Virus record (IMG/VR): IMGVR_UViG_3300039109_000093 | Coordinates: 1-55,310 of that record | From: a virus | Taxonomy: Duplodnaviria > Caudoviricetes | DNA: 55,310 nt | Reading direction: 5' to 3' (one strand) | Shown: positions 1 to 8,689 of the stretch, one piece after another | Layout of the letters: the number at the start of each line of letters is the position of its first letter | How positions within the stretch are numbered: position 1 is the stretch's first letter | The notes under the pieces: model-generated | Told to the model about the DNA's origin: nothing | Databases searched by the model: none | Seen by the model: only the letters and a program-made list of their open reading frames with translations | Position numbers and translations under genes: made by a program

Positions 1-24
1 GTACCGGCTCAATCAGAGCAACAG

Positions 25-273
25 TCATTCTTCTTCCTCCGTAACGGGGTCCTCGATGATGGGCTGACTACCTTCTTCACAGCGTTCATAGCCACCGCAG
101 TCCTCGGCCTCGTACGCCTCCGAGTCGATGGTCTGCTCGAACATGTCGCACCAGGACACCGCTCCGTTCTCGGTGCCCCGCCAGTGCTCGCAGTTGAAGC
201 ACGAGATGTCCCGGACGGGGAACTGGATGACGACAGCGAGCGTTGGCTTCCGCTCCAGGAGCGGGGATGTCAT
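25..273 (-). CDS. small Cys-rich hypothetical protein
   Basis: 82-aa ORF with CxxCxxW...C...C pattern and acidic tail; start overlaps the upstream stop (ATGA). Confidence 0.65.
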   Translation of the reverse strand: MTSPLLERKPTLAVVIQFPVRDISCFNCEHWRGTENGAVSWCDMFEQTIDSEAYEAEDCGGYERCEEGSQPIIEDPVTEEEE

Positions 274-470
274 GGCTTCTCGCCCAATGAGCCAAGGACC
301 TTGTCCACAAGATCGGTGGCGTAGTGACCGCGCCAGTCCTGCCCGACAAGGAGCATGACCCGACCGATCTGTTCCTCCAGTTCGGAGATCCTCAGACCGC
401 GCTTGCGAATCTCATCCTCCAGCCTCGCCTTGTCCACGATCACCGCCTTGTTGCCCCAGCCCGCACTCAT
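270..470 (-). CDS. small hypothetical coiled-coil protein
   Basis: ORF from MSAGWGNK, coupled to neighbours by 4-bp overlaps. Confidence 0.6.
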   Translation of the reverse strand: MSAGWGNKAVIVDKARLEDEIRKRGLRISELEEQIGRVMLLVGQDWRGHYATDLVDKVLGSLGEKP

Positions 471-937
471 GGCTTCCTCGCCGCGTCCCACTCCCGCAGG
501 GCTTCCTCACGGTAGTGACCACGCGCTCGGGTCAACTTGCCGATCCACTCCTCGGTCTGGTCGTCGTTGATGGTGCGCTCATAGGCCAGGGCCTGCTCGA
601 CACTTCTACCCAGCTCCGTCTCGGCGTGCTGGGACTTCAGGACCTTCTGCTCACCCTTGGCCTCACCGATGAACTTGAACACCCAGATGGCGTTCTCGAT
701 GCGCTTGTGGTGCCGCTGGCAGTAGTCCACGCACAGCAGGAACTCCGAGTTGGTGATCTTGCGCTTGCGCATGACGAGGAAGAGCTTGTGCGACTCCAGT
801 CCCGACCACTTCCGGTAGGGCACCGGGTTCTCGGGATCCCAGTCTCCGTAGCCCAGCTTGCGACGGCCGAGTTCCCAGAGTTCGAGCTTGCCGAGCTCGT
901 CGGGCAACTTGCCGACAACGGACGTTGGCAGGGTCAT
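467..937 (-). CDS. hypothetical protein downstream of primase-helicase (possible replication accessory)
   Basis: Protein-like from MTLPTSVVGK (ATG at 937, GAGGGG upstream); overlaps the stop of 934..1149. Confidence 0.7.
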   Translation of the reverse strand: MTLPTSVVGKLPDELGKLELWELGRRKLGYGDWDPENPVPYRKWSGLESHKLFLVMRKRKITNSEFLLCVDYCQRHHKRIENAIWVFKFIGEAKGEQKVLKSQHAETELGRSVEQALAYERTINDDQTEEWIGKLTRARGHYREEALREWDAARKP

Positions 938-1149
938 CTCGACCCCTCCGGCAGCAACGTGGACCTGACCTTGGCCATGACATCGTCCACCGACGCGCAG
1001 ACCACGACCGTCCGGCCGCCCCGGAGATGGACCCGGGCCCGGGAGTCCGAACTGGCCCGCTCGACAGCGTCGATGGCGCTGACCCGCAGCCACGCCCCAC
1101 CGACCTGGACGAGGGCGTCCACGACAGTCTCCGTGCTGCTCCAGGTCAT
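934..1149 (-). CDS. small hypothetical protein
   Basis: 71-aa ORF coupled to the helicase stop; beta-rich composition. Confidence 0.55.
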   Translation of the reverse strand: MTWSSTETVVDALVQVGGAWLRVSAIDAVERASSDSRARVHLRGGRTVVVCASVDDVMAKVRSTLLPEGSR

Positions 1150-3041
1150 GCCAGCCTCAGCGCGGTCTGGGCGCCCTTGTAGGCAAGCTCCTGGCGGTAC
1201 CGTCTGACAGCCTCGTAGTCGTCGCCACGCCAGATGAGACGGTTCTCGTCCTGGACCACCTTGGCCGCAGGAGTACCGGCATCCACCATGACCAGGCTGG
1301 CCGCGCTGAACATGAGGTTGGTGGCCATCCCCTTGCCGCCCTTGCGGTTCTTCAAGACCTGGCAGCGCACGAGCCCCGAAGGTGCCTGCTCGTTGCCAAC
1401 GATGGCTTCGTCCGGTCGGAACAGACTGATCAGCAGATCGGCCGTCTCCTCGACGGCACCCGAGTCCCGAGCAGCATCAGCCTCAATGGGCTTGCCGTCC
1501 TGAGCCATCCGGTTCACCTGGTGCGGGGCGATCAGGGCGACTTCACCATCCTTGGCCTCCGCCTTCAGGGCCATCACCGCGTTGGTGGTCTTCTCGTAGG
1601 CACCCGAGCCCTTGCAGCCCTTGGCGTAGTACCCGAGGTAGTCCACCATCGCCAACTGCGGACGGAACCCCATCTCGTCCTCGTACTCGTCGCACAGAGT
1701 GGCAACGGCACCTTCGTGGAGGCGATTCTCGTCCACGATACGAAGCTTCGAGTACGCCTGGTCCACCTCGTGGTCCTCTGCCAACGGGTGTTGGAACCGG
1801 TACATCCGAGCGAGCCGCTCGTAGACCTGACCCGTGGTCATCTCCAAGGACACCATGAGAGTGGGCACCGTCGTGGTGTTGGCCGCGATGTTGAGCAGGA
1901 AGTTCGTCTTCCCAACCGAGGTTTTGGCCAGCGGAATCATGAGATCTCCCGGCTCCAATCCCGGTCGGAACCAGGAGTCCAGCTCCGCGAACCCCGTCTT
2001 GATCCCGGTGGACTCGGTCCTGCGCTTACGGAACTTGGCGCCCGCCTCGTCCATCGACCACAGCCGCTTGCCGGATGCAGTACCCAGCAACTCCATGACG
2101 TCGGACAGGACCTTGCCCCTGGTCGTCAGGTACTCGGTCCAGTCGCACTTGGGCAGGTCTGCTGGCAGCTCCACGATGCGGGCCTTGCTGCCCAGCAGTC
2201 CCTTGATCTTGATCGCGGCCTTCTTGCCGACGTCGTCTGGGTCCAGCCCGATGTAGACGCGCTTGGCCTCGGTGAACATGTTCTCGAACCCGGACGGGAG
2301 ACCGTTGGCGCCAGGGATGCCAACGACCGCTGTCGCCCGCACGCGCGGGTCCTTGCTGAGACTCAGGACCTGTTGCAGCACCAGGCAGTCCAGTTCTCCT
2401 TCGGTGATGATGACGTCGCTGGCACCGGCCATGGTGTCGGCGTTGAACAGCCGCACGCAGTCGCCGGACGGGGTGAAGTACTTCCCCTCAGGGTCCTTGC
2501 CGCGAAGCTGGATCACCGAGCCTCGCTGGAGGTACGGGATCGTGATCTTGTCGTGGAAGAAATCCCGTCCTGCCTCGGTGCGAACGCCCGCTGCGATCTG
2601 GTCGGCCACCGCGAGCTCACCCAGTGAGCTGCACAGACTCCAGTTCTTCGGGACGTAGCCGAGCTTGTAGTCCAGGATCGTCTGGAGGGTCAGCCCGCGT
2701 CCGACGAGGTAGTCCAGGATGCGCTGGTTGTTGAGGAGCATGTCGGCCGCCGTCTCGGTGGCCAGCTCCAGTACCCGGCGCCGCACGGTGGGGTCCTGCC
2801 CCGGCAGGTAGGCCGGGGAGTCGTCCTCGTCACCGAAGTGCCTGAGCAGTGTCCTGCGGTTACCAGAGGTGCCGCATTTCTTGCAGTCCCAGAGCCAGGA
2901 CTCGGTGTTCAGGTAAAGCTTCCCTTTCCCTTTGGAGTCATCGGAGCACCCCACGAAGCAGTGGGCAGTGACCTCAGCACCATTGGCCCGGAAGACCGCC
3001 ACACCCTTGCTGGTGAGGTAGGCGGATGCGTCTGTTTCCAT
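1146..3041 (-). CDS. DNA primase-helicase (Zn finger + TOPRIM + DnaB/SF4 helicase; T7 gp4/Twinkle-like)
   Basis: Zn-binding CxxxC...CKKCG; TOPRIM ITEGELD and DPDDVG; Walker A AKTSVGKT; SLEM; VDYL; QVNR; DSGAVEETAD; KNRKG. Confidence 0.93.
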   Translation of the reverse strand: METDASAYLTSKGVAVFRANGAEVTAHCFVGCSDDSKGKGKLYLNTESWLWDCKKCGTSGNRRTLLRHFGDEDDSPAYLPGQDPTVRRRVLELATETAADMLLNNQRILDYLVGRGLTLQTILDYKLGYVPKNWSLCSSLGELAVADQIAAGVRTEAGRDFFHDKITIPYLQRGSVIQLRGKDPEGKYFTPSGDCVRLFNADTMAGASDVIITEGELDCLVLQQVLSLSKDPRVRATAVVGIPGANGLPSGFENMFTEAKRVYIGLDPDDVGKKAAIKIKGLLGSKARIVELPADLPKCDWTEYLTTRGKVLSDVMELLGTASGKRLWSMDEAGAKFRKRRTESTGIKTGFAELDSWFRPGLEPGDLMIPLAKTSVGKTNFLLNIAANTTTVPTLMVSLEMTTGQVYERLARMYRFQHPLAEDHEVDQAYSKLRIVDENRLHEGAVATLCDEYEDEMGFRPQLAMVDYLGYYAKGCKGSGAYEKTTNAVMALKAEAKDGEVALIAPHQVNRMAQDGKPIEADAARDSGAVEETADLLISLFRPDEAIVGNEQAPSGLVRCQVLKNRKGGKGMATNLMFSAASLVMVDAGTPAAKVVQDENRLIWRGDDYEAVRRYRQELAYKGAQTALRLA

Positions 3042-3076
3042 GTCGCTCCCTAGCTGCTAATGAGTGTTGGCAAATG

Positions 3077-3120
3077 GATCAGCCGGGCCCCGGCTTCCCC
3101 TTCACGGGGCCCGGCTGATC
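3077..3120 (-). terminator. intrinsic terminator-like hairpin after SSB
   Basis: Perfect 16-bp inverted repeat GATCAGCCGGGCCCCG / CGGGGCCCGGCTGATC. Confidence 0.7.
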
Positions 3121-3122
3121 GG

Positions 3123-3587
3123 CTAAAACGGAACAGCCTCCGCGCGGGCCGACGACGGGAAGACATCGTCAACGGGGCAGCCGTAGTAGAAGCCGCCGTC
3201 CTTCTTCTGGCGTGGCTCCTCGTGGGTCACCGTGAACTTGCACGGCAGACCCAGCACCTGATCGGTGTCGAAGTCCTCACCGATCTCGATGGTGCGGCCC
3301 AGCAGCGTCTCGGCCCACGGACGGACGAGCGCGGCCCGCCCCTTGGGCTCCTCCAGGTTGTTGAGCTCCCCCTCGGTCTCACCCCAGGCCTTCATGCCCG
3401 CGTGCTCGCCCTCGGTGATGGAGAACTCCCAGACCCACAGGTCGAACGAGTAGGGGCGATCCGGCTTGCCGGGCTTCTTGCTGATGCCCTCAATGGTTCG
3501 CACGGTGACCGCGTCGAGCTTGCCGACGAACAGCTCGTCCTCGGGGAGCGGGTAGGGCGTCTCTTCTTTCATGGTTGCGCGGGGCAT
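3123..3587 (-). CDS. putative single-stranded DNA-binding protein (DUF669/OB-fold-like)
   Basis: Follows the Sak4-like ATPase; ends ...EAVPF like SSB tails; start MPRATM at 3587. Confidence 0.7.
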   Translation of the reverse strand: MPRATMKEETPYPLPEDELFVGKLDAVTVRTIEGISKKPGKPDRPYSFDLWVWEFSITEGEHAGMKAWGETEGELNNLEEPKGRAALVRPWAETLLGRTIEIGEDFDTDQVLGLPCKFTVTHEEPRQKKDGGFYYGCPVDDVFPSSARAEAVPF

Positions 3588-3588
3588 A

Positions 3589-5043
3589 TCAAGCACCTTT
3601 CTTATTGGCTGCCCGATAGGCAGCCCAGCAGGAACTACAGAGGGACGTGCGGGTCTTGAGCTGGGCGATCTCCACATGCATCTTGATCTCGTCACCACCC
3701 TGCTCGGTGGTCACGATTTCTTTGCCACAACCTGTGGCTAGTGGCTCGGCACCCTCGAACCCGGTGCCGCAGTAGACGACACCATCCGGGATACCGTCCA
3801 CGCCCGCCTCCGCTGCCTGCTCCACGGGCCCTGGAGCACCCATAGCCGGGTCATCGGCAGCAGGGGGGTCGGGTATCACCTCGCCACCGAGGGCGGCAGC
3901 GACCGCCTCCGGAGCCATCGGGGCCTCCGCAGGTAGATCGACAGGCTCAGGGACAGCCGCCCCAGGATCCGGGGCAGGGATCGTCGGCCTGGTAGCAGCC
4001 GGGACGTCGGTCCGGACGGGCTGAACAGCGGCCGCCGGAGCAGCCGGGCTCTGCGAGATGTCGTTGCTAACGGGCGTTGGCGTCTGGGAACTGGCGTCCA
4101 GCACCGACTCAGTGATCCGCGCCGAGTTGGCAGGCTCAGCCACGGGCGGCACAGCAGCCGCCTCGGGAGCCTTGGCTGCCTTCCTGGGCGCCGGGGCGGG
4201 CTGAACCACAGGTCCGCCCGCTCGTGGCGCCTGCGGGGGCGCAGCAGCCAGCACGGGGTCCGTCTCGTGCGTCTCCAGCACCTCGCTGGACGACATGCTG
4301 TCCAGGTGGCTGGTGAGAGTCAGGAACAAGTTGTCGAAGTCGTCAGTGGAGAAGGTGACCGGCGTCCACTTGTCGAGCTGACCCGAGCGATCCTTCAGGA
4401 TCGGCTTGAGCGGGCTGGTCTCCCACTCGATAGCCCGCTTGAGGGTACGCACACCGTCCACAGCCTCGTAGTAGGTGCCCATGTACCCAACCAGGTCGAA
4501 CTCGGCTGCGATCTGGTCCTTGAAATCACCCTTGAGCTTCACCCCGACCGTGGTGACCTTGTTGTCGTCGTCACCAGTCGTGATCTCCTTGGTGTGGACG
4601 TTGACCACGATGTTCATGGGCAACGCGTGAAGCTTCGAGACGAACTGCGTCATCTTCGCGTCCAGGTAGCCCCAGTCTGCCCAGCCCGAGAAGGACTCCT
4701 TCCTCTCAGAGTCCAGCCGCTCCTGGATGACAAGACGCTGGTAAGCGTCCAGGGTGTCCACCACGAAGGTCTGGTACCTGCGCTCCAGGATCGGCTTCTT
4801 GCACTCCAGTGCCAGGATCTCCAGCAGTTTGTCCATGTCCTTGGTGGACATGATCTCGCCGTAGGGCACCCCTCTGTCCGCAATGGACATCCGACCCTTC
4901 TCGCAGTCCGCGAAGATGGGCTTTGGCCAGTAAGAGGCTGAGCGTGTCTTTCCGGCACTCGGCTGACCGAGAATCAACGCCTTGACGTAAGCCTCCCCTC
5001 CGGCTAGGTAGTCCTCTATTCCGGTAGTCCGAACCACAAGCAT
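3589..5043 (-). CDS. sak4: Sak4-like AAA recombinase/annealase with Pro/Ala linker and C-terminal Cys motif
   Basis: Walker A GQPSAGKT, DCEKG, VVDTL, NVH, FDLVGY, KDRSG (AAA_24-like); lies between exonuclease and SSB. Confidence 0.8.
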   Translation of the reverse strand: MLVVRTTGIEDYLAGGEAYVKALILGQPSAGKTRSASYWPKPIFADCEKGRMSIADRGVPYGEIMSTKDMDKLLEILALECKKPILERRYQTFVVDTLDAYQRLVIQERLDSERKESFSGWADWGYLDAKMTQFVSKLHALPMNIVVNVHTKEITTGDDDNKVTTVGVKLKGDFKDQIAAEFDLVGYMGTYYEAVDGVRTLKRAIEWETSPLKPILKDRSGQLDKWTPVTFSTDDFDNLFLTLTSHLDSMSSSEVLETHETDPVLAAAPPQAPRAGGPVVQPAPAPRKAAKAPEAAAVPPVAEPANSARITESVLDASSQTPTPVSNDISQSPAAPAAAVQPVRTDVPAATRPTIPAPDPGAAVPEPVDLPAEAPMAPEAVAAALGGEVIPDPPAADDPAMGAPGPVEQAAEAGVDGIPDGVVYCGTGFEGAEPLATGCGKEIVTTEQGGDEIKMHVEIAQLKTRTSLCSSCWAAYRAANKKGA

Positions 5044-5453
5044 TACTGCACCTCTCTATCGGGTAGTTCCATGGCTGCTCTCTCCTTCTCTAGCTGGTCC
5101 TGGACCCGCCGGGTGCAGGCACGCTCCACAGTCAGGGCTCGCTGGAGCGAGCTGACCTGCTGCTCCAGGTCGCAACGGGCGTTGGCGACGATGTGCGCCC
5201 GCTCGCTAGCCAGCCTCACCTTGAGCTTCTCTGCCACGGCCTTGTTGACGACCGCCCTGGTGGCACTCGTCGTGACATGACTCAGTAGGTGCTTGGTGGC
5301 GAGGTCCGACAACGGAACCAGCGCATCCTCCACCTCGGGATCCTTGCGGCTCAGGCTGATGCTCATGCTCACGTCGGAGCCGTACTCGTTGACCCCAACC
5401 ACTACCTCGCAGGTCACCTGAGTCCCGCTCGCGCGGAGATTCTTGATGGTCAT
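5043..5453 (-). CDS. hypothetical coiled-coil protein
   Basis: 136-aa ORF coupled to both neighbours. Confidence 0.6.
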   Translation of the reverse strand: MTIKNLRASGTQVTCEVVVGVNEYGSDVSMSISLSRKDPEVEDALVPLSDLATKHLLSHVTTSATRAVVNKAVAEKLKVRLASERAHIVANARCDLEQQVSSLQRALTVERACTRRVQDQLEKERAAMELPDREVQ

Positions 5454-6325
5454 GGCCGTCCTGACTCCTCATCGGGGACCGGTACACCACCGCAGGTGTT
5501 GCGGTACTGGCACCAGGTACATGTCTCGCCAGTCAGGGTGAGTGGATAGATGTCAGCCTCGACGGCACGCACGTACTCCCGCAGAGCCACATGGAGCCGG
5601 TCGTAGTCCTGCTGCGAACGCCAGCCAGCATCCACGACCTTGTTCAAGCGGAGGTCGATCCACCTACCCCTGCGAGCCCAGTCCTTGGTGCGCTGGTACC
5701 ACTCGTCAGCCTCGTCACCCCAAGGGGTCCAGAACTCCGGCTGCAACGAGGCATAGGAGTAGACGGTCCACTGGGCGGCATACCTCAGGTAGGGCGGCTG
5801 CTTGCCCGTCTTAAAGTCCGACAGCGACAGGTACGGCTTCAGCTTGTACTTGCGGATCTCCAGCCGGTCAATGGTGCCGGTGAGGGTGTGCTGGCCCTGC
5901 TCACCGAGGTCGATGGGCACGTGGAACTGGAGCTCCAGTGCCAGCAGCTTGCCGTCGTCGGTGGACAGCAGGGCGAAGTAGTCATCCAGTGCTTGCAAGC
6001 CCTTGGAGCGCATCCCGCCGTAAGTATCCCGAGGCAGCCATTCGTCTATCCCGTAGGCCAACTCAGGGTGATGCGCCGCCATCTCTGGCATGTTGTCGGG
6101 GTTCCAGTAGTACGCGAAGGTGCTCTTGGCGATAGCCAGTGCCTGCGGGTTCCCGGCGTGGTGCTCGGTCTCCATGACCTGCACTGCGTGGTGCATTATC
6201 GTGCCAAAAACAGTCCGCGACAGATTGGACGGTCGAGGTCCAATCCCCTGCTTCGACAGGTCTTTCAAGTGTTTCTCCTGGGCGCAGCGCCCATAGGACG
6301 ACAGGTCCGACTGTCTGATGAGCAT
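5450..6325 (-). CDS. PD-(D/E)XK RecB/Cas4-like exonuclease
   Basis: FGTIMH, GTIDRL, DFKTG, QWTVY, C-terminal CxWCxYxxxC plus an N-terminal Cys (Fe-S type). Confidence 0.88.
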   Translation of the reverse strand: MLIRQSDLSSYGRCAQEKHLKDLSKQGIGPRPSNLSRTVFGTIMHHAVQVMETEHHAGNPQALAIAKSTFAYYWNPDNMPEMAAHHPELAYGIDEWLPRDTYGGMRSKGLQALDDYFALLSTDDGKLLALELQFHVPIDLGEQGQHTLTGTIDRLEIRKYKLKPYLSLSDFKTGKQPPYLRYAAQWTVYSYASLQPEFWTPWGDEADEWYQRTKDWARRGRWIDLRLNKVVDAGWRSQQDYDRLHVALREYVRAVEADIYPLTLTGETCTWCQYRNTCGGVPVPDEESGRP

Positions 6326-6540
6326 CAGTCGCGCCGGTCGCGCTCAAGGTCATACCGGGCCTTGAAAGCCTTGGTGATGCAGGAGTCCTTGCAGATCCAG
6401 AAGTCACCACCGTCACCACCGGCGTTGATCGTGACCCAGTTGACGGTAGTGCCCGTCGCAGGGTCGTCAGTCGCTACTAGCTGATAGGACCCGCACCCGT
6501 CGCAGATGTACTCACGGGCTTTGACTTCCTGACTTCCCAC
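6325..6540 (-). CDS. small Zn-ribbon protein
   Basis: CDGCG ... CKDSC motifs; AGAGGGG upstream. Confidence 0.65.
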   Translation of the reverse strand: MGSQEVKAREYICDGCGSYQLVATDDPATGTTVNWVTINAGGDGGDFWICKDSCITKAFKARYDLERDRRD

Positions 6541-6559
6541 GACCGCGCCCCTCTACCAA

Positions 6560-6800
6560 GGCGACGACCAACACGGAGCATCAGGCTCCTGTTGATCGCC
6601 GCCTTGCCCAGGGTGTCCCTGGGGCGGGCACGAGGTGGTTGCACCACTCCGCGTTGGTCGTCACCGACCAGTTCCGTTTGTCGCTCGCTGTTTCATGAGA
6701 CCAACAACCCACAGTCCGTACCGAGATCTCCCCGGTCACCATGGCGAGCGACGAAGATGAACCTAACGCGGGGGTCCGACAAAACAAGACCCTGGAGGAA
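6560..6800 (+). ncRNA. candidate structured non-coding RNA
   Basis: Several nested stems in a region with no credible ORF; G-U pairs favour the plus strand (see findings). Confidence 0.4.
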
Positions 6801-6841
6801 CATTCCGCTGACAACGCGCGTCCGCACCCTAAACGTGCAGG

Positions 6842-7072
6842 TCAGAGCGGCAATGAAAGTTGCTGGGCGCCACCGGCCCACTTGACGACCGGGTGCTCCC
6901 CGACGCGCCTCGGAAGCTGCACGATAAGAGTGCCCCCGATCCCGGGGACCTCGCTGGCCCGCAGTGCTGAGTCGAGGTGGTACCGACTCTCGTCCGACAG
7001 GTGGGAGAGCACTTCAGCCAACCGCAGCGCCATCGCAGCCACGTCGGGCTGGAGCGTCAACTCGGACAACAC
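6842..7072 (-). CDS. small protein ending in a beta-clamp-binding-like motif
   Basis: AAGGGAG RBS; C-terminus QQLSLPL. Confidence 0.6.
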   Translation of the reverse strand: MLSELTLQPDVAAMALRLAEVLSHLSDESRYHLDSALRASEVPGIGGTLIVQLPRRVGEHPVVKWAGGAQQLSLPL

Positions 7073-7169
7073 ACTCCCTTAGACGGCGGCGAGCCCTCCC
7101 AGGGGCGCAACGGAAAGGACCATATGCCCCAAGTGCTCGCCGCTCAAGAGAGACACGCCGCAAGATCGC

Positions 7170-7235
7170 TTATCCACAAGCAGATTGCCCGATCCACGCG
7201 AAGGACCGGGCAACCTGTGGAGAACCTGTGGAGAA
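7170..7235. promoter_or_regulatory. cluster of DnaA-box-like 9-mers
   Basis: TTATCCACA at 7170-7178; TGTGGAGAA (1 mismatch, reverse orientation) at 7216-7224 and 7227-7235. Confidence 0.55.
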
Positions 7236-7236
7236 C

Positions 7237-7590
7237 CTACGGAGCGGCATCGCCTTCGGGGGTCGTGACCGTGACGTTCCCGGTCGTGCCGTCCGGAAGC
7301 GTCGGCAAGGCGAGCTGCTCGGGGACGATGGTCACGCCCGGTGCCGAGTCGGCAGCCTGCGCCGTGAGTGCCGGGACGACCTGGCGGTAGGCCACCTCAG
7401 CGAACGGCGCGATGAAGGCCAGTAGGGTGCGCCAGTCGAACTTTCCACCGACCACCAGACTGAACACCGAGGGGACCGCCGACAACGCCGTGAGACGCAC
7501 GAAGCGCCACACCTGCGCGCTCAGGTGCTCGGCGCTGGTGCGCCAGGTCTTGGTCAGCGCACCGACAAGGTTGGGCTTGCTTCCGGTCAT
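7237..7590 (-). CDS. putative holin
   Basis: Directly after the endolysin; two hydrophobic segments separated by a GGKFDW loop. Confidence 0.6.
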   Translation of the reverse strand: MTGSKPNLVGALTKTWRTSAEHLSAQVWRFVRLTALSAVPSVFSLVVGGKFDWRTLLAFIAPFAEVAYRQVVPALTAQAADSAPGVTIVPEQLALPTLPDGTTGNVTVTTPEGDAAP

Positions 7591-7604
7591 GCCGCTCTCC
7601 CGCT

Positions 7605-8360
7605 TCAGTGGGTCACGGAGCGCAGGGCCCCGATGGTCTGAGGACCCACGATGCCGTCCACCGTGAGCTTGTGGTAGTGCTGGAACTGCTCGACGGCGTA
7701 CTTGGTGACTGGCCCGAACTGGCCATCCACGGGCACGCCGACAGCCCACTGGACGAACCGGACCTGGTTGCCGACCGCGCCCTGCTTGCAGTACGCGGCG
7801 TACTGGGCGTACGGGTTGGCCTTGACCGGGTTGCGAGGAGCTGTACCGGTGCTGGCAACGTGCGCTAGCAGCTTGGAGTAGTCCAGGATGCCCAGCACGG
7901 TGCCGTTGATGTTGCGGGTGCGCTGGTAGACGCCGCCGCCGTTCCGCTGACTGTCCGCGCTACCTGGCTGCTCTGAGGTGTTGCCCTCGATGGTCGAGTA
8001 GAACCCCGACCCCTTGGAGACGATCATGCCGATGTGGTCGGCCACGCCGTTCTCGTTCCACTGGAACAAGATCAAGTCGCCAGGGGAACCTAGCGACTTG
8101 TCGAGCCAGAGCCCGTGCTGCCTGGCGTAGGTGGTGATGGTCGGGCAGTAGTACGGGTTGGAGACCGGAAGGTCCGGCCCACCGGAGTGGATCTCCACCC
8201 AGCGCTGGAAGGCGGCACACCAGGGCTGGCCCTGAAGACTCGGGGCCAGCTCCGTCCAGTACTTCGTGATATTGCCGCTGTGCCCGTCCGAGCCGCCGCC
8301 CTCGACGTAGCCAAGCTGAGAGTGTGCAGTGTTGAGCCGCGTCTGAAGTGTTGCTGTCAT
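7605..8360 (-). CDS. endolysin: CHAP amidase + peptidoglycan-binding domain
   Basis: QPWCAAF, PGDLILF, DHIGM, TIEGNT (CHAP); two VDGxxGP repeats (PG_binding_1). Confidence 0.92.
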   Translation of the reverse strand: MTATLQTRLNTAHSQLGYVEGGGSDGHSGNITKYWTELAPSLQGQPWCAAFQRWVEIHSGGPDLPVSNPYYCPTITTYARQHGLWLDKSLGSPGDLILFQWNENGVADHIGMIVSKGSGFYSTIEGNTSEQPGSADSQRNGGGVYQRTRNINGTVLGILDYSKLLAHVASTGTAPRNPVKANPYAQYAAYCKQGAVGNQVRFVQWAVGVPVDGQFGPVTKYAVEQFQHYHKLTVDGIVGPQTIGALRSVTH

Positions 8361-8409
8361 GCCAGTCCCTCCGGTTCCGGTTCCCGTGACTGAAGGATCG
8401 ACCTGGCCG

Positions 8410-8631
8410 TCAGCCAATCCGAACTACGACCCTGCTAACGGGCGTTGGCAGGGTCGCGTCGTCCTTGCTCTTGAGCGCTCGGTCCAGTGCCTTCTTGGGC
8501 ACGATCCCAATCTCGAACATCAGCAGGACCAGGAAGACCCCGACCAACCCGGTGGACAGGATCGGCCCCAACAGACTCGTCAGGTCGGTGCCACCACCCG
8601 AAGCCAGGATCATGCCGGTCATAGCAGTCAT
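8410..8631 (-). CDS. small membrane protein of the lysis cassette (possibly truncated)
   Basis: One TM segment then a charged stretch; the 3' part runs through a 30-bp palindrome. Confidence 0.6.
   Translation of the reverse strand: MTAMTGMILASGGGTDLTSLLGPILSTGLVGVFLVLLMFEIGIVPKKALDRALKSKDDATLPTPVSRVVVRIG
8427..8456. repeat. most complete copy of the dispersed palindrome
   Basis: CGACCCTGCTAACG-GG-CGTTGGCAGGGTCG; 14-bp arms with one mismatch. Confidence 0.85.
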
Positions 8632-8689
8632 GTCGGCTTCCAGCCCCCAAGTTCCAAGCGGACGGCAACGAGCGTTGGCCTCCGAGAAG

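Noticed and set aside
5450-6325. Cas4 as evidence of a CRISPR system
   Set aside because: Context beside Sak4 and SSB indicates an ordinary phage recombination exonuclease
6690-6701. GTTTCATGAGAC as a parS site
   Set aside because: Lacks the central CG spacing of GTTTCACGTGAAAC; single copy; no parB in the window
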